The notes under the pieces: generated by a model
The model's input: only the letters and a program-made list of their open reading frames with translations
What the model was told of the DNA's origin: nothing
The model's database searches: none
Part shown: positions 1 to 12,139 of the stretch, piece after piece
Layout of the letters: each line of letters opens with the position of its first letter
Numbering within the stretch: position 1 is the first letter of the stretch
Translations under genes and position numbers: made by a program
NCBI RefSeq assembly: GCF_001194135.2
Contig: NC_069004.1
Span: forward strand, 13,158,303-13,222,302
Source of the DNA: Octopus bimaculoides
Lineage: Eukaryota
Reading direction: 5' to 3'
Length of the DNA stretch: 64,000 bases

Positions 1-3000
1 GCACATTAATTTCATGAGCAGGCTGTTCCATTAATCAAATCAACTGGAACCCTCATCATAAGTGACCAAAGTGCCAGATTTTCACTTGGCACCAGCATGG
101 GTGTTTTTCACATAGAACTGGTGGTAAAAAAAATATAAAGATTTTTTTGTTTTTCTTTTATAAAATTCAGCTAGGGTGCACAGTAAATATTATTGTGAGC
201 CAGATGCAACCTGTGAGCCGTATGTTTGATGCCCCAAAGTTTACAATCTCATCTAAAACAGCCCCTCTTCCAAAAGCTGACCTGCTGCAACAAATCAAGC
301 TGAATATTATTATTGACTCCAGCACTGGAGGACCTGCCAAGAACATTGGCAGTGTCTCTTCTTCTTGATGACGCCTTCAAATGTATGCAATAAAAAATAG
401 AAAGCTGAACACTATGCCCATCTCTGATTTAAAGGTATGTGAATAGGCTACAGGTATTGCATCCTCTTACCCAAGCGAAATATAAGCCTGAAGAGTCTCA
501 TGTTATATGCATGCATGCAGACACACACATTTCCTTATATAACAAAACAAGGTAGCATGTTTATATTCAGGCAATGTATGAGAGAGAGGAGGAGAGAAAG
601 AGAAAGACAGAGAGAGAAAGACAGAAAGAAAGGAAAAGAGACAGACAGACAGAGAAATAAAAGAGAGAAAGTGAGAGAGTGGGGGTGGAGAGTTGGTGAA
701 ATTTTCCTCGCATGAATTTCTTAGGTCTTTTGCACCATAGAAACAAAAAAAAAAAAAAAGGTCAGCAATAACAAAGTGTTCCACACACACAGCTGCAAAC
801 ATACATATACATGTGGCCATAAATATACACATACACAAAAACTGCCCATATCAGACGCAGAGCAAGAGTGTCAACATGCGCGCACAGAAGAGATAGAGTT
901 TCACATAATTAGTCAGTATTTGGATGTGGCTGGCTCTATGTCATACTTCAAAGGAGAAATTTTATCTATTTATCTAAACACACAAATACATAGAAACAGA
1001 CCAACATGCATACACTCTATACTAAATACTTAAGCAATAGTCATGGTAAGTTGAAACTTTCAGACTCAGAAGAAAAACAACCCATTTAACACTTAATTCT
1101 TCAAATTCAGTCTAACGTATATATTGTTATTACTATAACAATATACGTTAGACTACCATATTGTTATTGCTAAACAGTTGCTGCAATGCTAACTTTCTTT
1201 AACCCTTTAGCATTTCAAACAGCCATATCCAGCCAAAATATTCTGATTCTTTCATGTTCAAACTGGCCAGATCCAACAACTCACACCTACCCTACAATGT
1301 CATTCTAAAAATAAACAATCGCATCATCAAAATCTCTAAGCCATAAGATAATGCAGGATTAATTCAAAACAATCATCATCATCATTTAACTTTTGTTGTC
1401 CATGCTGGCATGGGTTGGACAGTTTGACTGGGCTGGCACACTGGAAGGCTGTGCCAGGCTCCAGTCTGATTTGGCATGATTTTCTATGGCTGGATGCCCT
1501 TCCTAATGCCAACCACTCCGAGAGTATACTGGGTGCTTTTATGTGTCACCGGCATGGGTTCCAGCTGTGTGACACCGGTATCTGCCATGATTGCGATTTT
1601 GCTTGGCTTGATGGGTCTTTCTCAAGCACAACATAATGCCAAAGGACTTGGTCATTGCCCCCATGAGGCCCAACACTCGAAAAGAATTTGACCACTTTGT
1701 CTCCATGAGGCCCAATGCTCAAAAGGAACTCAACCACTTTGCCTCCAGGGTTAATAAAGATTTGTTACAGAGGAACTGGCTTTCTTAAAGATGAATTTAA
1801 AGATAGAGAAATACACATAGGCACAGGCATGGCTGGATCTCTAAGTTACATGGATGTAAACAAGCCAACACTGATTGTCAACAGGTGGCAGTGGTGGGAA
1901 GGACAAGCACAAAAACACCTACACATAGATATATAAATGATACGCTTCTTTCAGTTTCCATCTACCAAATCCAGTCACAAGGCTTTGGTCAGCCTGGGGC
2001 TACAGTAGAAGATACTTGTCCAAGTTGCCATGCAGTGGGACTGAACTCAAAACCAAGCGGTTGAGAAGCAAACTGCTTACCGCACAACCATACCAGCACA
2101 GAATGTTAATTTTCTATGATAAAGATTTGTTACTTAGGAATTGGCCTTCTTAAAGATGGGGTGAATTCAAAGATAGAGAAATACACAAATAAAAGCCATA
2201 TGTATAAATATTTCATTCTATGTTTCACTTTGTTTTAGTTATTGGACTACAGCTATGTTAGGGCACCATCTTGAGGGGTTCACTTGAATAAATAAACCCT
2301 AGTACTTATTTTTAAGTCTAGTTCTTATTCTATCTGCCTCTTTTAATGAATTGCTTAGTTATCAGAATGTAAACAAACAACAGCAGTTGTCAAGAGGTGA
2401 TGGTAAGAGAGGCACAAACACAAGAACAGACTTATACATATATCACAGGCTTCCACACAGTTTCTACCTACCTAATTCACTCACAAGGCATTGGTCATTC
2501 TGAGGCTAAAGTAGAAAACACTTGCCCTACGTAATGTTTATTTATTCACATTGTTTTGTAGTAATCATGCATTATCTCATACCTTTGAGATTTTGATGAC
2601 TGCATACTTTAAAAATAACATTGTAGGGTAGGTGTGAGAGGCCAAATCCAACCAATTTGAACATAAAACAGGTAGAATATTGGGGGGGGGGGATATGGGT
2701 AATTTAACCCTTGAGCATTCAGACTACTTTGTCAAATGTAATGCTTTTTTATTCACATTATTTTGAATTAATCATACATTATCTCATAACTTTGATATTT
2801 CAATGATGTGATTGTATATTTTTAGAATGACATTGTAGGATAGATGTGAGAAGCCAGATTTGGCCAGTTTGAACACAAAACAGGTAGAATATTTTGGCTG
2901 GATATGGACGTTCAAAATGCCAAAGAATTAATAACATTCTCTGGAGATGTATCTGTCTTGTGAATGACTTGATTCATGTTGAAATTGAAGTAATGAAATT

Positions 3001-3562
3001 GCTGAAAAGTTATTTAATGACACTATGCAAAGCTGTTAAATCCACTTAAAATTATATTTATTTCATGAGATGTCAAAATTTTTGTCACGCAACTGTAAAT
3101 GAATCACTGGCACATTTCCATTATAAATCTATGTCAGTGACCGCGTTGCGGTTGTGTAATGGAAATTTTGATGCCTCGCAAAATAGATTAAATTCTTTAG
3201 TTAATTTAACAACTTTCAGTATTACTAAATTGCTCTTCCATGAAACAACAACATGAAAAAAATTTTTTTTTCCTGTTTATTCTCTTTCTCAGAAACAAAG
3301 CGACGATAGAGATAAAAGTTGCTTCTGGAAATTAATTAGAATAAGCATCCCATGTTTTAAAACAAATAGTTTTTTTATGCTTAACCTGTTTGTTGCATTG
3401 TGCACTTGATTTCTTGGCTGTAGCTAAAGGTTATTCATTTTTTAAAAATATTTTGCTGAAGTGAAAACAAATATCATCTCTAAGTTAAATACCAGTTCTA
3501 CTTCTCTTGAATTATGTTTGAAAAGATAAGAAATAACAAAGAGATACATACATAGATATGTG

Positions 3563-3600
<38 letters not shown>

Positions 3601-3710
3601 TATGCATGTACCTCATGTAGTTTGTGCATGTGTGTGTGTGTGTGTGTGTGTATGTGTACACATATGCCTTATGTTGTGTGTGTGCATATGCCTTATGTCT
3701 TGAGTGCACA

Positions 3711-4243
3711 TCATAATTTAACATCTGTTTCCCATGCTGGCATGAGTTGGACTAGCTGAAGGGCTGTTCAGGCTCCATGTCTGTTTTGGCATGGTCTTCT
3801 ATGGCTGGATGCCCTTCCTAATGCCAACCACTTTATTCTTTTCTGTGTGGGACCAGCACTTTACAGGTCCACATGCTCAGCTGGAGAGGGTTGCAAGGGA
3901 CAAGCCTGTATGCAAGGGCAACCACACTTTTACTTAGCTTGATGTGCCTTTTCAAGCACAGCAAACCGCCAGAAGTCTTGGTCCCCTGTCATCTCCTCAG
4001 TGAGTCCCAACATTTGTAGATCCTTTCTCACTACTTTGTCTCATGTCTTCCACATGTTCCCTCAACAATTAGAGACCAGCACCTCTTGGTGCAACTGTCT
4101 TTATTCATATGCATTACATGGCCATACCAGTGCAGTCTTCTCTCTTGCACACTACATCTGATGCTACATATACCCAATTTTTCTCTCAAATCTCTTACAC
4201 TATGTTATATATGCACACTGACATTATCCGTCCAGTGAAGAAT
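3711..4243 (-). mobile_element. 5'-truncated RTE LINE (ORF2 C-terminus, 3' UTR and ATG-repeat tail)
   Basis: Minus translation LREKLGICSIRCSVQERRLHWYGHVMHMNKDSC..IVEGTCGR; the 3' UTR is the very common CATGCCAGCATGG..GTTAAATGATGATG tail. Confidence 0.8.
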
Positions 4244-6837
4244 CATATGTACTAAAAACAGTTAGTTTACAAAGTATATTAGATAAGAATGTAAATATTT
4301 GTGGAGCTAAGATACAACTGAAAAGAATTAACAATAAATCAGTCGATAAAACATTCTGCAAAATTGGTGTCCTCCAATTTCAGGTTCCAAATCTGCAACA
4401 TGACAGTTAACATTCCCAAACAATTGGTAAGAAGAAACTATCCACACATGTTTACAGATATACTTCAAAAGGTCGGTTGTTAAATAAATGCAAATCACAA
4501 ATTAAATCTATCAAAACTGCCAGTTACCCTCCACTCAAACTTGCAGATAAACTTACTTTCAATCAGTTGGGTTTCACAAATCTTATTTCAGTTATTCTTT
4601 TTTTCTTTCAGATTTTTTTTCTCTGCTTATTTATTTATGTTAATTTTATCAAATTGCATAGCACAGATGGTAGGGAGTAGGGCTAGATACTCTATAATAT
4701 TGAATGTGGTATCTAATGTTTCCAAATTCCAGATATTAATACTAAGGTCAATCAAATATATACCGCTTATTTTAGTTCACATCTCATCAGTATGAGTATA
4801 GCCTTACAGATTTATGAGCTATTGTGCTTGCTCCATCAAGTTTGTTTGTGCTTACTTCACAGTTTATTTTCAAAGCAGATGATATCCCTGAGTCATTTCT
4901 CTTGAGCTTTATACTATATTGTCCTTGCAGCCTATATACAGTCACTCTACAAAATATATCAAATATTTTATACACAACAAGGAATTTATCGATGATTGGA
5001 AACACCACAACTATGTATACAATATTTTTATGGAATTAAAAGCAGAGAATAGCAGGACACATTAGGTTTTAATCCTTCCATAGGAATTTCATCAATGAGC
5101 TAGCTGCCAAGAAAGGATCACATATGCAAACTGGTCCATTCTCTTTACTTAAGTGGCAAATAACGATTTCAAATTTTGGCACAAGGCCAGCAATCTTGGA
5201 GGGAAGGATGGAATTAGTCAATTACATTGACCCCCCCCCCCCAGTGTTCTACTGGTACTTGTTTTATTGATCCCAAAGGGATGAAAGGCACAGTTGACCT
5301 TGGCAGAATTTGAACTCAGAACGTGAAGATGGATGAAATGTCACTAGGTGTTTTGCCTAGTGTGCTAACAATTCTGTTAACTTACCACCTTACCTAAGTA
5401 CCTAATAATAACAGTGGGTTTATAAACAATATGTTTGTTGACAATAAAAGAAAGGGAGGGTCTACAGTTGATGAAATCCTAATCCAAGGACAGAACATGG
5501 CATGTACTGCTCTTCCGAGCTTTTGCATGTGTGTGTGTGTTTTTATGTATATATTTGTTTGGTGTATTTTGGGGAAAAAACCACATAACACTCCTATGCT
5601 GTTGCATGCAGGATGTTTCTAGGTATGGGTATACATGCAGGACTCCTTTGTGCATAGGATAACTATGATGATAATAATAATATAACACACACACATATAT
5701 ACATACATATCTACTGTGATGTTGTTTAGTTCTAAGTCAGCACTAGCTGAGTAGACGTATAATGAAAGACAGCCCAACCATGATCGTTCCAACTTTAAAA
5801 AAAAATTTTTTGAGGGATAGCATTTTCTAAGACCACAGTATAGAATCTGTTCTCCAGGATTTTTGGGTGCAATTTAAGGAAAATCTGGCTGCCACTTTTA
5901 TCAAATCTCCTTTAAATTACATGATACCATAATGAAGAACATGATTCTAACAGCTTGGGAAAACAATGATGGTACAATCATTGGCTCATAAAGTTATTCA
6001 GTAGACTTACACTGCTGGGTCTACAACTTAAATACATCATGGCATTTACACACTAACTGAAACATATATCAAATATTGTTGTGCCTTGGGAGGGTCATTA
6101 TGTTAATAATAATAAACATACACACTGGTTTGATCTCACTTCTTTATTGTTAGTCATTTGGGTAAAAATCAGTTGTTTGTTTGTCAAAGTCCTTTCGTTG
6201 CTATTTGTGACCTCATCAATGACACTCTTTTCAAGGTCTGACTCTTCAAGACTTGACCTTGACAAACAAACAACCGGTTGATTGTTTAACCAACATATTA
6301 AACAAACGAATGATTAGTTAGTTGGTTAGATATTTAACCAATTAACTAACAATAAAGTGCAATGACTGTCCCAAGACACAAGATTTATTTCAACACAAAT
6401 TTACATAAAAAATCTTGCAAACAAAATACATAAATTAAATATACCAAATACAACTATATAAATCATGAAAAGGGGTTAGGAGAGAAAGAGGGGGAAAATG
6501 AACCTGTTGTTAAAGAGGTTGCTAGTTCAGAGGTATAGTAGCTGGTACAGTATTAGAAGGAACAAAAGAGGATACAATTGGAATATTTTAAAAAGCAAAC
6601 AAGAAATAAAAAAGACAAAAATAACAACATCCCCAATTTACACCCTTCCTTGACTCAATACAAATTAAATCTTAATGTTAATTACCTTTGATTTTTAATT
6701 GTTGCATGTAATTCTCCTATATTGTACACCTCAATTCACAACGCTAGATGAAGGTAACAGCTGTACTGTGTAATGTTGGAATCCAGGCCTGTAAGAGTAA
6801 AAACAATAATAATCAAAAATAAGTCATCATCATCAGG

Positions 6838-7622
6838 CACAAGACCTGAAATTTTGGTGGAGGGAGTAAGTCGGTCACATTGACCCCCAGTACTCAACTG
6901 GTACTTAATTTATCGACCCGGAAAGGATGAAAGGCAAAGTTGGCCTCGGTGGGATTTGAACTCAAAACGTAGTGGTAGACGAAATACCGCTAAGCATTTC
7001 GCCCAGCATGCTAACTGTTCTGCCAGCTTGCTGTCTTAGTAATAATAGATAATGGTTTCAAATTTTGGCACCAAGGCCAGCAATTTTGAGGGGAGGGGTT
7101 AAGTCGATTACATCCACTGGTATTTGTTTTATCTACCCCGAAAGGATGAAAATGCAAAGTTGACCTTGGCAGGATTTGAACTCAGAACGTATAAAGTCAG
7201 ATGAAATGCTGTGAAGCATTTTGCCCTGTGTACTAATGATTCTGCCAGCTCACTGCCTTAGTAATAATAAATAATAAGAACAACAATACAATACAAATAA
7301 GAAAAAGCATAACAGCCAGAGTTACATGCACCAGTGTCAGAGCAGGAAATAGATTCCAGAAGAATGATATTCTGACAGAGTGAATGAGGGAGTGGGCAGT
7401 ACAGTCATTGCCGGTGGTGAGCTGGCAGAATTGTTCGGACACCAGGTGAAATTCTTAGTGGTATTTTGTCTATCACTACGTTCTGAGTTCAGATTTCGCC
7501 AATATTGACTTTGCCTTTCATCCTTCTAGGGATTGATTAAATAAGTACCAGTTATGCACTGGGGTTGATGTAATCGACTTAATCCCTTCCCCCAAATTTG
7601 AGGCGTTGTGCTTCCAGTAGAA
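6838..7622. mobile_element. Cluster of three family D tRNA-derived SINEs (two minus, one plus)
   Basis: GAGCTGGCAGAA..GTTCTGAGTTCA(A/G)ATT..CTTTGCCTTTCATCC..AAGTACCAG..CCAAAATTTGAAA. Other copies at about 5165-5392, 11290-11502, 28598-28796, 44405-44607, 45910-46230 and 51060-51253. Confidence 0.8.
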
Positions 7623-8188
7623 AGAATTATCATTATTATTATTAACAATCTTCTACATATAGAACATCTGATTTATATTGAGATTATAAATATATGTTAT
7701 TGTGTCTGGGGAGAGTCATTCTCTTTTAGTGCCTAACACACTCACCGGTTCAATTTCCACTCATTTACTTAATTTTATTAAAATTTTCGTTACATCTTGC
7801 AACCTTTTCAATAGTCATTGATTCTGTACGTTATCAGAGCTGCGTTCTTTTTGTTTGTTTGTTTGTGTGCATATGTGTACATTTGTGTGCATCATCATCA
7901 TCATCATCGTTTAACGTCCGCTTTCCATGCTAGCATGGGTGTTTGTGTGTTTGTATGTATGTGTATATTTGTGTGTATACCTGTCTCCTTGTGTGTACAT
8001 ATTTGAGTGTGTCTATGTGTATGGGTTTGTGTGACTATGTATGTGCATCTCCATATGTGTCCTTGTGTGTGTGTGTGTGTGTATATGGTCGTGTGTTTCA
8101 GTCTTCATTTGTGTATTATGTGTGTGAGTGCTTGTCTGACTATATATATATATATATATATATATGTGTATATATATATATATATATA

Positions 8189-8358
8189 CAACTTATAAAT
8201 AAGGGAAAAAAAAAAGAAATTCCTATGCCAAATATGCCGAGAAACAAACATTAAACTGTCAATAACAACATATAGTTCATCACTATTGACGATTTAGAGT
8301 CTATTTCTTGGCATATTTGGCATAGGAATTTTTTTCTTTTGTCCTTATTTATAAGTTG
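8189..8358. repeat. 170-bp near-perfect palindromic (foldback/MITE-like) element
   Basis: Arms CAACTTATAAATAAGG..TTCCTATGCCAAATATGCC..GTCAATA and their reverse complement, about 75 bp each, with a loop of about 19 nt. Confidence 0.8.
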
Positions 8359-8439
8359 ATTATAATTTTCAACTTAAAAGGTATTTTTTAAATATGTTGG
8401 CTACTGATAAAATGTTTTGAAAATTTTATCCTATATTAG

Positions 8440-8488
<49 letters not shown>

Positions 8489-8491
<3 letters not shown>

Positions 8492-8672
8492 GAGAATATA
8501 CGAAAAAGCAACAACAGATGAGGACAAGTGGTGTAAATAACAAAAGGATGTATTAGTATGACGCTCGGGAATGCGGAAAGTCTTTGATGTTTCGAGCTAC
8601 GCTCTTCAACAGAAAGAATACGGAGACAAGGAGAAAAACACGGAGAAAAAAAATTGAATAGTGTTCAGTCAC
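8489..8672 (-). mobile_element. Penelope-like element terminal-repeat relic carrying a minimal hammerhead motif (8581-8617)
   Basis: Minus strand TCTTT-CTGTTGA-A-GAGC-GTA-GCTC-GAAA-CATC-AAAGA. Homologous copy at about 20012-20195. Minimal type I HHRs with a palindromic stem III are characteristic of Penelope-like elements. Confidence 0.55.
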
Positions 8673-8971
8673 ACATGCGTACATATTCATATATACACAT
8701 AGATACAGACATATATATATATTTATATACGTACACATGCATACATATTTATATATATATACATACATAGACATATATATATATTTATATACATACACAT
8801 GCATACATATTCATATATATATACATACATACAGACATATATATATATTACTTTTTCATCCTGTTTTGTATATTTTCATGGGTCAACTTTGAAAATTAGA
8901 TTTGAATGGTTTCGTTTTTTTTGGGATGTGTATTGCTAATAATAATGATGGTGATGCTAGCAATAATAATG

Positions 8972-9063
8972 GGACCCTGAGGAGATGGAGTATCCTATAT
9001 TTTGTAATATTTTATGATATGTATTAATCATTCTGGATGTTCTATCGAAATGTACATAGGTCT
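8972..9063 (+). ncRNA. Type I hammerhead ribozyme, intact catalytic core
   Basis: Stem I GGACC(8972-76)/GGTCT(9059-63); core CTGAGGA 8977-83; 12-bp stem II GATGGAGTATCC(8984-95)/GGATGTTCTATC(9035-46) with 3 G-U pairs; GAAA 9047-50; palindromic stem III ATGTACAT; AUA cleavage triplet, predicted cut after 9058. Confidence 0.8.
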
Positions 9064-9473
9064 ATTTATTTGTTATTATTATTGTTATTGTTGTTGTAAT
9101 AAAGTATTTTCAACGGATCAATTTTGAGCTCTATTTAAAGTTGATATATATATATATATATATATATATCTTTTATCTTTTACTTCTTTCAGTCATTAGA
9201 CTGTGGCCATGCTGGGGCACTACGTTGAAGGATGTTTTTACTTAAATAAACTGACTCCAGTACTTATTTTGCTTAAGCCTGGTACTTATTCTGGTGTAGT
9301 CTCTTTTGTCAAACTGCTAAGTTACAGGGGCATAAACACTAATATTGGTTGTCAAGTGGTGACAGGGGACAAACACAAACATACACACAGATATGTGTGT
9401 GTGTATACACAACAGCTCTGTCAACCAAATCCACTCACAAGAGAGATAGATGGATAGAGAGGGATACATAAAG

Positions 9474-9504
<31 letters not shown>

Positions 9505-9833
9505 GATAGCCAGGCAGGTTGATAGAGGTATAGATAAATAATTATAAATAGATAGAGACAGACTTAGAAAGAGCTGTTGATATTGAGAAATCATGTTATG
9601 TGAGCTGTTGTTCTTACTGTGTGTGTGTGGTTGCTTGTTACTGTATTTTTGTGTGTGTATGCAGTTGTTATTAAAGTGCACTTGTACATGTACATATGTG
9701 CAGTTGCTTGGTACTGTGTGACCATGTGACTATGCATATGTATGTATGTACATGTTTTTAATTGGTACTGTTTATTTGTGAGCAGTGCATTTCTGTATGT
9801 ATGTGCATGCATGCATATGTGTATGCAAGTGGC

Positions 9834-9899
<66 letters not shown>

Positions 9900-10361
9900 A
9901 CGCGTAAAGACAGACATGCACAAACATTTCACCAGCTTTGGAACCATTCATCTTTCCGAATGAAGTTCATAACTGTTTGAACATACTCATATATGCAAAC
10001 ATCCACCCTTGGTATAACTCACAGATGAGGTTAATATCCTGTCATACACCCCCCCCCCATATAGTCACAGACCACATGTACAGACAAACAGTCATGCTCC
10101 AGTGATTCTGGTGCACAATCTGCGAAAATTGTACTTAGGATTGACTCCATGGCCAGTCATCAAGGTTTTGTGAGAATAACCGAGCATGACTAATGTTTGT
10201 TAACGGATGTGTTGTGTTTTGTCTGCTATTATGATGTGTGATGACCTGATGTTGGTACATAGCTGTTCTATAGGAAAAGTGTGCCGTTAATAACGCACAC
10301 ACAGATACATGTTGATTGTATTTAACCCTTTAGCGTTCAAATTACCCTGCCTGATGTATCA

Positions 10362-11030
10362 TCATCATCCTCCTCTTCATCATCATTATCATCATTGTTT
10401 AATGTCTGTTTTTCATGCTGGCATGGGTTGGACAGTTTGACAGGAGGTGGCCAGCTGGAGAGCTGTCCAGGCTCCAATTGTCTGTTTTTGGCATGGTTTC
10501 TACAGCTGGATACCCTTCCTAATGCCAACCTCTTTACAGAGTGTGCTAGGTGCTTTTTACATAGCACCAGCATGATTGCAAAACACGTGGCACTGGCACA
10601 AGTGCATTTATGTGAGACTGACACAAGAATATTTTATGTGGCACTGGTATAAGTACATTTTACATGGCACCAGCATGAGTACATTTCATGTGGCACTGGC
10701 ATATGTGCATTTTTATGTGATTGACACTGGCACAAGTGCATATAATGTGGCACTGGCATGAGTACATTTTATATGGCACCAGCACCTGCTAGACAAAGAA
10801 CTTTCAGCTGGGAGAGGAAGTGAGGGCATGGTCATAAAGGACATGCCAGTATGTATGGATGGCCACAATTTTACTTCTCTTGATGTATCTTCCCAAGTAC
10901 AGCAAATCACCGGAAGTCTTGGTCCCTTGTCATCTCAGTGAGGCCCAGTGTCTGAAGATCTTTTCTCCCCACTTTGTCCCACATCTTCCTGGGTCTACCC
11001 CTTCCACAAAACATTTTCATTCACATTGGG
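10362..11030 (-). mobile_element. RTE-type 3' end with expanded internal minisatellite
   Basis: Same 3' UTR as 3711-4243, with 22-25-bp units (TGGCACTGGCACAAGTGCATTTTATG-like) at about 10575-10790. Other tail copies at 1372-1750, 17600-17772, 19501-19700, 48810-49058, 51825-51998, 60345-60608 and 63530-63967. Confidence 0.75.
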
Positions 11031-12139
11031 TTGAATCAATTAAGCACCATCTCATAGCTTCAAGGTTTTGTGATGTGATTGAATGTTTTTAGAATGGTAT
11101 TGTTGGGTAGGTGTGAGATGCCAAATCTGGCCAGTTTGACATAAATCAAGTAAAATACTTGAGTTGGATATGGTCGGTTTAGATGCTAAAGGATTAAAAC
11201 CTTCCTACAAACACTTCTTGTCAATGGTCACACCCTTTATAATGGCTAAGCAGAAATGAAAAAGAAAGGCTTAAGAACATGATGATATAATGGTTTCAAA
11301 TTTTAACACAAGGCTAGTAATTTTGAGGGGAGGGGGCCAAATCGATTAAATTTATCTCAGTACTCAGCTAGTATTTTATTTTATTAACCTTGAAAGGATG
11401 AAATGCAAAGTTGACCTCAGCAGGATTTGAACACAGAACATAAGGAGCTGGAAGAAAGGCCATATTTTTCAGTGCTCTAACAGTTCTGCAAGCTCACCAT
11501 CTTTAAGAAAAAATACAGTATTGCACACATACACAGGTGTTCATATACTAAGATACACATACATGCATATAAATGCAAGTATACACACACTTATACATAT
11601 ATGCATACATAGACCTACACACACATACATGTTTGCTTACATATATACATATGCTCACACGTTTGCTTACACATATATATGCTCACACACACATGGTTAC
11701 AGACAAACACACACATGCTTACAGACAGACACACATACACACATATATATATATATATATGCTTACACACACATTTATATGCTTAACACACAAATATATA
11801 TGCTTATATACACACATATTCAAACAAGCATATACATGTATACATACATACATACACACACACACATATACACACACTTGCACAGAAACACATTGCCATC
11901 TATCTGCACTACGATATTGTGACGATTAGGTCATGCAACTTTGGAATGACACTCCACCACCTCTCAAACCACACACATGTACTTATCTATCTGAGATATT
12001 GTGGAAATTAGGTCATGAAACTATGGAACATATAACACACACATAATATATACTCACACACATGCATACATATATGCACACACACATCCACTTTTTTACC
12101 CAACAAATTGTGAAGCCTTATAACTTTGGAATAAATTTT

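Noticed and set aside
474-500. CGAAA...CTGAAGAG hammerhead-like words
   Set aside because: Stems I and II cannot form.
4690-4800. Minus-strand CTGATGAG with a distant partial stem
   Set aside because: No GAAA in register and extra bases before the core; a similar case near 49170 also fails.
6686-6788. Minus-strand exon-like segment with strong splice sites; idea of ADAR recoding of an in-frame TGA
   Set aside because: All three frames contain stops and nothing in the sequence supports editing.
10575-10790. Regularly spaced repeats resembling a CRISPR array
   Set aside because: Degenerate head-to-tail minisatellite without unique spacers, inside a eukaryotic retroelement.
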